From: Bugula neritina
Taxonomy: Eukaryota; Animalia; Bryozoa
Length of the DNA: 64,000 nucleotides
Assembly (NCBI GenBank): GCA_964035545.1
Contig: OZ037765.1
Span: 13,588,698-13,652,697 of the forward strand
Direction of reading: 5' to 3'
The notes beneath the pieces were generated by a model. That model had not been told where the DNA came from. It saw nothing but the letters and a program-made list of their open reading frames with translations, and did not search any database. The translations under genes and the position numbers were made by a program. Shown piece by piece: positions 42,455 to 52,553 of the stretch (position 1 is the stretch's first letter; each line of letters opens with the position of its first letter).

Positions 42455-43389
42455 GAAAGAATAGAACTGAGAACAGATGTCTATTTATCAACTGCTAAAT
42501 ATTCTCTGTTTAGTTTATATTACATATCAGGATCATCATTTAAAAATGCTATAGAGAACAATGTTATACACTATTATAGTTATTGTATGTATTGTATTGA
42601 ATTTATATTTACTATTTAAAAAGCAGTTAATAGTTGGAATAATAGTTGATGTATAAACTGTGTTTATCAAGATATAATCCATATTCTGTTAGATTATGTA
42701 AAAGTGCTTCTTATAGTTATATTATTTTAATAAATATAATGGCACATCTTCAATTCACATAATGCATTTCATTCACCTCCTATATACTTATTAACATCTC
42801 TTGCTTGCAGATAGAATGAACATTATTTTTATAAATATAACTTACATATTTTCATAGTATATTTGCCATAAATGCTATATAATATTCTACACACTTTATT
42901 CTTGTACATAAACAACTTCTTCATCACAGCTTTCACTCACGCAAACAATTGATAATTGTTTCTGTTTTCACTAAGATAATTTAATATATTATTACAAACA
43001 ATTCATAATACATGTAACATTTATAATAAGTGTAAATACAATTTTTATTTTAAGTGTTTCATTTCTGTAACCTTTTGTTTGTATAAATAGATTTTAGATA
43101 TAAATAATTCAGAGTTACCTGAATTCATTTACTGAATATAATCTGCAAAGCGAAACACACATTCTCAATTTGTATAATCATATATAACATTTTAGTCTAT
43201 TAGGTAAAGTTACATGCAGGTATACATAAGTTTTACATGGGTATGCTATATTGCTATGTTTTATACAATTATCATATATTATTTATATAAGGCATACGTG
43301 TCTAGTCAAAGCTATTTTATTGGTTACATATTTATGTTTCAGTAACAGCGCAGCTATGATACTTTGGTTATATTTATCTGTAACATCAG

Positions 43390-43530
43390 GAATATGGTCC
43401 CAACATTTTTCAATGTTGTTAGAATTTCTCCGAAGTTTTGACATGATGTTTATAATATAGACAACCCATGTTTCATACCCATATTATAGTAAGGTAGTCA
43501 ATAATATGCAGCTCTGTGAAGGTCTCACTT
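43390..43530 (-). mobile_element. Highly degenerate RTE-clade LINE RT C-terminal fragment
   Basis: Minus strand reads 'ILLTTLL*YGYETWVVY' and then, frameshifted, 'YKHHVKTSEKF*Q', resembling the RTE consensus TLLYGxETWxxYxxHxKxLExF. Confidence 0.5.
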
Positions 43531-44844
43531 ACTCTCTAACATACAATTGTCAAACACTACTTACAAGCTTACATGTATAGAGCCCCAGGTCATATTATTA
43601 TATATCATTATTAATTAACAAATTCTTGCAATATCAGGTAGTCACAGGTAATAGGGCTTTGAGTATTTCAAAATCGTTTGTATACTTTTTACTAAACTAA
43701 ACCATTTGCATGCAACCCATTACTTCACATTGTTATACTATTATTATAATTTACTACTCAGCAGTACGTTATAATAGCACACAGAGAAGTATTGTACTTA
43801 GAGCTTATGACTTCAAATTTTAGACCCTACTAAGTATATTAGATGATGGTTAAATGATACTGCTTCTTTATATGATACATTTGTTACCTGATAGGAGTTG
43901 TCTACCTAGATGAACATTATAGTGCTTCATGACCTGATTTACAATTAAATTGAGGTACAATCTCCATTATTGTTCAACTTATGTGTGTGTGTGTGTGTGT
44001 GCGCGCGTGTGCGTGCGTGTGCATGCGTGTGCATGCGTGTGCGTGTGTGTGTGTAGAATATTATCATGGAAAATGTTTATGTGCTAAAACTATATGTTCA
44101 TGGAACACTAAAGCTATATCCTGGTATGCACTACGTCTATAAGTTAATGTGATATAAAGAGGGGTTCTGCTTTAACAGCTGTTTTTCACCTCCAGAGTTT
44201 TTCTACAAAAAGACCTGTATAAAGAATTGCCACTATTGTAGTGATCTAACATTGTTTACTTGCTGCGATTAGGACAATAGCTAACATGGCTGATGAAATT
44301 CCTTTAGACTTTTAGTAACTATAATATGGCGAAGTGTAGTCTACAACATGTTTAGTGCAGGGTATGAACGGCAAACTATAATTGTATTGTATGTCAGCTA
44401 CAATGAAAATGAATAGCCTCATTTACTTAGTTGAATATTGAAAAACGTCGAAAGCTGTGGATTTATTTGCATTCTACAAAAATATAAATTTAATACAAAA
44501 TAATTACAACTCTAATAAAATAATTACTCATTTATATTATATTTATATTATTCTTGATACCTTTAAAGTAGTTCGAATTAATAAAAATATTTCAACACCA
44601 AAAACCTGGCTAAGTAAGCCCCAAGTCATCGAATCAAGATGGTTAATTTTTTCAATAACCAAAATAGGTTAATCTGTGTAAAAACATTCATGATACCATA
44701 GGGCTAGTTAATATGCACAATAATAGTAACCTACATTGACAGGAGCTTACTTAACCACTTGCAAACACCATCTTTTTTGCAAATATAATTTTATAATACT
44801 ACAAAAACATAGCAAGGACTTTGAATCAGTCTATGTTTCAGTTG

Positions 44845-47800
44845 TTATGCTGAATCTCGGTCAACAAGTAATAAGTCATTAAAATGACCTTCTGCAATAA
44901 GCTGAGAATACTGTTCTTGCGAGAAAAGCTCAATGTTGGCCACTTGATGAGGATAATCACATTCTATGTCTTTGAATGCTTGGCTGAGCACTACTGCCTG
45001 GTAGATAGGACCATCAAATCCTGGAATCTCTTCGCTGTCTACTACTTTGCCAACAAACATTCCAGCTGGCTTAAACTGAGCTCCAACCTTCACATAGACT
45101 AAACTTCCACAATCTCCTCCAACTAGACTCCTAATACACAGCAAATCATGAGAATAAGACATTTGGCAATTTTTATTAATTAATAAAAAAAGTGAAAAAG
45201 AAATCATGATTATTTAAATTAAAACAACTTTATTCTTTTTGGTTATTTTCTCTCTCTGGAAAAAACCGTTTAAGGACTTTTTAAAATTTAAAGTATAGGT
45301 ATACTACGTCTTACTCATGCGGTCTCAACTTACAAATTAGCTCCAGTCATGACTGGTGACACCAACACAAAGGTCATGTGGTGACCTAATTTTTGACCAT
45401 TTCTTTGATAGCGTCTGGAAACAACCCTTCCTAGTATACCCTTGACTATCAAATCCTTTCCAGCCAGCTCTTGCAGATCTCCTTCGGTAGGGATTTGTAA
45501 AAGTTCCGTTGAAAATGGGTTTTTCTGTTTCTGAATGCCATTTATCTTATTTGTAGGTATTTCTCGAAAAAAGGTTTGAAGCCTCTTATCTAAGATATTT
45601 TGCAAATACGAAACCTGCTTGTGGTTAATTTGAAGAAGTGCCAAATCATTCATGAACTTGTGAGGACAGTGTGATTCATATTGAGAACCACACTTTAGTT
45701 CTGGACATTCTGGTTGTTGTTGTGATTCACTTCTAGTAAAGACAGATGTTAGTCGAGTGTACCAGTGGCGATAACTAAGCAACACTGGATGCTGCAAATC
45801 GGCAATTTTGAGGCTCTTTTGACTTTCCGTTTTTATGTAATATTGCCTTCTTGTAGATCTACTTTCAACTTGAGCTCTTACCCTTGAAATTGATGGCAGG
45901 TTTTCATCATCACTGTCATCATCAGACACATGGTTTAGATCACTTTGCTCTTCCTCAGTTTGACTATTAGATGGCTCTGTGCTGGAGGTCGTCTTTGATG
46001 GACCAGCCAATTGACAACTGTAAGCTAAAGCATTTTCAATGTTAAGCTCAGTTCCACATTCCTGCATAGTGGCCTTCTTCATATAAAAGCTATCAGCTGC
46101 AGCTGCTTCTTTATTTTGCTTGTCAGCAAGAACCAAGTGTGCTGGAGCAATGGCATAGACTATCCTACATGGCATATTGTTGTCAGCACTTATCTTCTCT
46201 GCAATAACAAATGCTTCACAGACAGTTTGTTTTACTGAGTCAGTCCACAGCTTTTCATTCTTTAATGTTTTCTTTTTGTTGATAGTCAGAACTTTCTCCC
46301 AGCTTAGTGTTTTCATTGTGAATGGATTGTTGCTACTCTTTAAAGTTACTTCAAACCTTGTAAGCGATTCACTGTGCAGGTACTTCTGAAGGTCTGGTTG
46401 AATTTTTAAAACATTTCTTCCAAGCACTAAAATTTTTCTCCAATCAATAGCTGACTGCCCAAAGGTAGCATCACTTATGTTGTGGCTGTCAAGAAGGCTA
46501 CAACACATGAAGCAAATTGTCAAAAATTAGATAATACCTATAAACTAATAACAATGAATTGAAAATTTATTAGAGCACTAATAGGTTGAAATCAATCAAT
46601 TTGTTTTATTTTATTATGCGATGATAAAAAACCCACTTTTCAATAGTGTCCATTAGTGATTTTGGTGCAGGTTCATAAAGTGCATCTGGTGACAAGTTTT
46701 CTGTGACATGGTTTAGTATTACAGGTCCTGCAACAAGTTGTGTGAAAAACACAAAAGTAATTGTTGATATTGAAATAAATTGTGCTTTTCAATTTTAACA
46801 ATAAGTAACAAATTTAGACTACCTTAGTTGCTTGTCAGTTATTGTTAGCGTTTACTTTATTGCTCAAAGTGCTATATATTTGAAATGCCTTATGCTCTGC
46901 TAAGCTTTGATGGTCTGTCATGCTCTGAAAACTTATTTTTAATTAATTTTAATAAGCTCTCTATCTTATTATATTTTGAGCTAAAATATATTAGTTTGTT
47001 TACAGATTTTAAGTAGACTTAAATTATGCTTCCCAATAGTAGACTTGAATCTAAATTATTTTCCTTGCAAATCCGACAGTTCAAAAGATCTGAGTCTTTT
47101 TGGAAAACTTGTTTTTAAATAAATAATCTCAAGATTTAATGCTATGATAAAAGGTATAAGTAAAAACCAACCTAAACCGTATTTATGTACAGGAAAATCA
47201 CTATTATATCCTGGTAAAATACCAGCTATATATAATTGTTACAATTTTAATTGAACTTTCCAACACAGACTAATTTCAAAAGTGTGAAATCTTCAAAGTT
47301 TGCTACTGGTTTAGGTACACGTTTGTTTGTTTTTACTATTATTTTCTATATAAAAAAAGATAATATTGCCACTTTTGACTGTAAATTATATAAAGGTTTA
47401 TCGGAGGTTAAGTGATAAATATGCAGAAAAAAAGTATTGAGAAGTGATTGATGATACTGCCACTTTAGTTTTAAATTTGAAATATACTTGTCAGACAACA
47501 TATAACAATTAGTGTGCAACAAGAATATGATAGGTAAAAATGCCAATACAAAAAAAATAAGAAACTGTTAATTGGAATATTATTGATATAACTGAATAAT
47601 TAGTATATTTTACCATTATTCTCAATTAGACTTATAGGCTCTTCCTCCTTTTGAACATTTGCAGCAGTATTTCGGTTTACAGAGTCAGCTGCTCCACATG
47701 CTAAAAAAGTTTAATCCTCTAAAATTTCAGTCATCTATTCACTTTAGAAAGACTCTGCTCACCAAAATTATACAATACAAAGTGCAGCGTAGAGCATCAA

Positions 47801-47862
47801 GTGGCAAAAATCAAGCTCTGCACCTATATAACACTAGAATTAAAAAAGCTTTCAAAATTTTC

Positions 47863-47916
<54 letters not shown>

Positions 47917-48327
47917 CTTGATTAATATATATTATGCTTAACCCACACACCCATTAACAAATGCAACTTACGAAGTGGAAAATACTCATATCCTGGTGAA
48001 TCTCTCCTTGTTTTTTTTGATAATGTTGATAAATTGCTGTTTTCAGAAAGCAAATGTTTCTTTACAGCTTTTTGTGTCTGTTGGTGTTGAGTATCTCCTG
48101 CAATGATGATAAGCATCATATAATAGTGTATATTAATATGTACATACTCTGATCTGTGCTGATGAGGGGACAAATCCCGAAACAGCTGCTGTCCACAGAG
48201 TTTACACACCTTTTAAATATGCTTTAGTAGAAACATAAGTTTCTACTATTGCGAAGGTGTGGGCCATGGTACTCTGTTCTGTGCTGATGAGGGGACAAAC
48301 CCCGAAACAGCTGCTGTCCACAGATTG

Positions 48328-48407
<80 letters not shown>

Positions 48408-49902
48408 CACACACAGGCGCGTAGGGACTGGCCATGTAACATAATTAAATGTCATATGCTGAAATAAAAAAAGATAACAAAGCACATGAAGATCAAAGAA
48501 AAAAATAACCTAAAAGAAGTTTATCATTACTAAGATCTGATCCAAAATATAATGTGACTGGAGGAAAGCAATTCAATTGACGAAGTGAAAATATTTGAAA
48601 ATCAAGAAGAAATCATCAGTTACAAAGTGGGTCTATTAGACCATTTTCCAATTTCCCTGATACATGCTGAAATGGCAGCTATGATATAAGTCCCAATAAT
48701 CATTTGTTGTGCTGACTGTCATCACTCTGTTTATAGTTGTCAACCCTTCAACTCTTTAGATAATAAAATGGTCAAGTTACACTGTATACAGTAGGCAGCA
48801 TGCAATTATGATATATAGATGGAAGGATAGATGAATGGATAGATAGATCGAAAGATAGAAAATTTGATAAATATTGTTTACGTTGCTATATGCATGTCCT
48901 TAAAGTAGTAGTGTACTACTTACCTAACTTTTTTGTGCTGCTTGTTTCAAGTTCAAACGCTTGCCTCTCTATGCTGAAAAGTCTGCCAATATCATCTGTT
49001 GACATCATTTCAGCTATGCTTTTGATTATTTCTGAATGACCATTGAATGTGATGAAATGTATTGCTGTTTGACCATTTTTATTCCGAAGAGTGAGCAAAT
49101 TGATTAAGTTAGCTGTCGGTAAAGACTTGATGATAAATTGAAGAGGTTTTTGATGAACCGCCTGTGCTGCATTGTGTACAGATGTATTGCCATCTTTATT
49201 TTGTAAACTGAGTAGTTTGTACAAGTCAGCTGCTGGTACAGAGTCTAAAATGCATTTTGCTGTCTCTGTATGACTTCTTTCCGCTGAATTGTGTGCAGCT
49301 GTGTTACCATCTCTATTCTGTATACTGAGTAATTTGTACAACTCAGCCGCTGGTACACAGTCCAGAATACATTTCACTGTTTCTGCATGGCCCCACTCTG
49401 CTGCTCTGTGCAGTGCTGTATTACCATACCTATTTTGTATACTGAGTAATTTGTACAATTTAGTCTCTGGCACATGTGCTAGAATGCATTTTACTGTTTC
49501 TGTATGGCCCCATTCTGCTGCCCGGTGTACAGTAGTATTTCCATATCTATTCTGTATACCGAGCAGTTTGTACAAATCAGCCTCTGGTAATTGTTCTACA
49601 ATACATTTCACTGTCTCTGTATGAACATTTTCTGCTGCATTATGTACAACAGTATTCCCATACTTATTCTGTATACTGAATAGTCTGTACAAATCAGCGG
49701 CTGGTACAGAGCTTAGAACACACTTTACTGTTTCGATATGACCTTTATCTGTCACGTTGTGTACAACTGTATCTCCATTGTCATCTTGTAGACTTAGCAC
49801 TTCTAATTTATTTTCATTAGAGAGAGAGGTCAGTGTCTCCTTGAACTTAACCAAGTTATCCTCAGCGGCATAGTCTTTCAGCTGATGGTAAACTTCTTCC
49901 AT
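44845..49902 (-). CDS. Ankyrin-repeat / trypsin(chymotrypsin)-fold peptidase fusion, about 910-930 aa, Cys at the nucleophile position
   Basis: Exons 49902-48924 (7 x 39-aa ANK), 48097-47972, 47700-47614, possibly 47225-47172, 46727-46637, 46497-45334, 45130-44845; phases are compatible. Triad-like motifs YAIAPAHLV, NDLALLQI, GGDCGSLV, followed by PAGMFVG. Linker exons are less certain. Confidence 0.7.
47868..47910. repeat. (TA)n microsatellite
   Basis: Seen directly. Confidence 0.95.
48153..48199 (+). ncRNA. Type I hammerhead ribozyme, copy 1
   Basis: Stem I TCTGTG/CACAGA; core CTGATGA; stem II GGGG-ACAAA-TCCC; GAAA; stem III ACAG-CTG-CTGT; GUC triplet, predicted cleavage after 48193. Confidence 0.88.
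48278..48324 (+). ncRNA. Type I hammerhead ribozyme, copy 2
   Basis: Stem I TCTGTG/CACAGA; CTGATGA; stem II GGGG-ACAAA-CCCC; GAAA; stem III ACAG-CTG-CTGT; GUC triplet, predicted cleavage after 48318. Confidence 0.9.
48331..48404. repeat. (TA)n microsatellite abutting the ribozyme pair
   Basis: Seen directly. Confidence 0.95.
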
Positions 49903-51859
49903 TAACAGTTTGCTGATGTAATAAAGTCCTGACTATTCATAATTCAGAAACTATTTTAGTATTATTAGCATATCATTAACCTAGGCAGTAGAGTAGAGTT
50001 CGATCTGTGTAGGATATGAGTAGCTAAGACATTATTGGCTTCCATTATTGATTACTATTAATGAAAACTAAATACAGCAAATAATACTAGTAGTAGTTAT
50101 GCAGCAGTGCTATTGTCCTATTCATACTATTGTCCATACTATGGAATTTACAATAGTGGTGAATAAGTTGTCAGCGGCGCTAATACTACAAGTTGAAAAG
50201 CCCATTTAACAATGCTAAATGAATAACTCAAACATGCAGACTTTTTATATTTCACATTCAAAGAGTGGCAACGTTGTGTTCATGTTCAATGAACAATCAG
50301 AAAGTTCCAGTAATTGCTTTTCAAAATTTCTTTTCAATTAAGTATATCTTTATTTTTCATGTTTATGATGCAAAACAATCAAATAGAAAAAAGTTATTCC
50401 GTACCGATTTGTTGCTACAGGTTAATGAAGGGGGCAGTTTCATTTTTCACATTTTTGTCTAATAATAACTTATTTCTCTGCACATCTACAGTACACAGCC
50501 ACCTGGGTTAATAGCCATTTTAGCTATTTAACAATTGCTTTTTATCTGCAGTAAGTATTTTATACAAGTATTTAAATAGAGCTTTAGTTATACTCTCATT
50601 ATAAATATTATATTATTGACTTTTAAAGTGCTTAGGTAAACAATTAAGTGGGTCATTTCTTGCTATTAGTGAGTGGTATATTAGACTTTAGAGTGTATGA
50701 GCTTGCATCAGTGTGATTTTAGTCAAGCTATAAATGGGTGTCCCTGAAATACGCCTTTAATAAATAACCCCTGACATGTTGCATTTATGTATAAGTATTA
50801 CATTATTTACAACTTCAGGGTTGTATATGCCCATGACAAGCATGTTGGTTTTAAATAATAATTCATTAGGTATATATAATAATTGATATTTTTTAATAAT
50901 TTATAATACATTATTTTAAAATGGCCCACTAATTGTTGATGCCATTGTTGTTCAGCTCAGTATCCATGGTATTATAGAACTGATAGCAATTATTACTGAT
51001 TTTTATTGCTTGCTATTCTTTGCTGCTGCAGCACTAAGAGTAATTACTAAGCTGAAAGTTAAATGTTTAAAACACAACCTATACGTGCTGCTAAATAAGA
51101 AAATAAGTGACACTATTCTGCTATAAATATTAAGAGTTAAACTTGGCAATAAATACTATCAATTCTATAGTGCAGCAGTCATTAAGCTGAACATTATTGT
51201 CATCCACAAGTGAGCCATGTATGCACAAAAATTATTAAAAAAACCAATATGCTTGAGCATACCACTCTTAACTTGTAGTTGGTTGATAGCCAACATTTGT
51301 GTAAAAAATTTAAAACAACACAAATGTAAAGTAACATGAATTTTTTAAACTGTTTTTCAACTCACATAAAATATGAATAAATTTGTATAAATGTAGTTGA
51401 ACAATAGTGAAACTTGTATGATATAAAGGTGCCCTGTACATATATTAACAAATTATTATTTTGGAACTATAGATCACTATTGATCAAAGGGCTGCATGTA
51501 AGTTGATCAAACATTGTACTCAAGTAGCTGCTTTCCAAGGTTAAATAGTGGTGGATACTTTATTCTAAATGAGAAGAAACTTAACTTTGTTGTTTCTGTG
51601 ATGTCACACTAAACCTTTGTACTAGATTTATTTTAAAATAAAAAAATGCATAATATAAAAATATTTTTGAAAAAAAAATTGAACAGCTGCAGCATTGAAT
51701 ATAATATAATTTTATTTTTTCATTTTTTTATGTATTTACTATTCATTTATTTAATTTTTAACTGACACTTTCATCTGTGCACTTTGGGACCTTTTTCCAT
51801 TTTGTAGCTTTTCACAAAAATGTTGCTTTATTAAACATTTGTTCATTCTGACCAGATAC

Positions 51860-51975
<116 letters not shown>

Positions 51976-52154
51976 GTGTGTGAGAGTGTGTGTGTGTGCG
52001 TGCGTGCGTGTATGCGTATAATATATGTATGCTGATTGTCAATTTAGTTAGAGCTGTAGCAACGTAGAGTGCTCAATATCACAGGTGACAAAGCTAATAA
52101 TTATAATGTAGTGCTTTCAGATTGATAAAGATATATATTTTATTTAAAATCTCC

Positions 52155-52197
52155 CACGACTTAATAGTTTCATACAGTGAACTGCACTCATCAGGTG
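52155..52197 (-). ncRNA. Minimal or degenerate type I hammerhead ribozyme motif
   Basis: Minus strand: CAC CTGATGA GTGCAG-TTCA-CTGTAT GAAA CT-ATTA-AG TC GTG. Complete core and GUC triplet, but stem I is only 3 bp and stem II closes with G-U. Confidence 0.55.
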
Positions 52198-52553
52198 TAT
52201 ATGTATATGCTGATCAAGAAAGCTCTAAAATGTGTATAGTGACCATACATAAAAGTACCAAATTTAATGACTATCAAATTGTAGGTATTTCAGAATAATT
52301 GTTAATTATGCAATTTTCAAGATGTCATCAATTCTAAAATTTCAATATTTATACTCTGTGATCTAATTCATCTAACTTGTAGCATAACTAATTGGTGTCA
52401 TTGGCTTCCTGAAGGCGGTCAACTTTTATCTGCAACCATCCATTCCATATATATATGGTAATTTGTAGGCCACGATGCAGCTGTATGCTATGCAATGGGC
52501 TACGGTTGGTCTGTGAGCTGGGTCATTTTACCAGCAGATTCCAAAGTAGGAGG

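Larger units (their letters stand above)
14317..42905. repeat. Complex segmental duplication: three direct units (periods about 8.6 and 9.7 kb) plus one inverted unit (~40083-42905)
   Basis: Long near-identical blocks, e.g. 14510-18537 vs 32792-36820 and 19862-22780 vs 29845-32450 vs 38997-39780 (partial); the reverse complement of the gene block occurs at 40083-42905. Confidence 0.92.

Noticed and set aside
46823-46924. Candidate extra exon of the ANK-protease gene
   Set aside because: It has AG/GT ends but several stops in the required phase-1 frame
49289-49624. Plus-strand ORF over the ankyrin exon (likewise 44884-45102, 46177-46389, 26652-26963, 53836-54072, 56228-56425)
   Set aside because: Antisense shadows of real coding sequence
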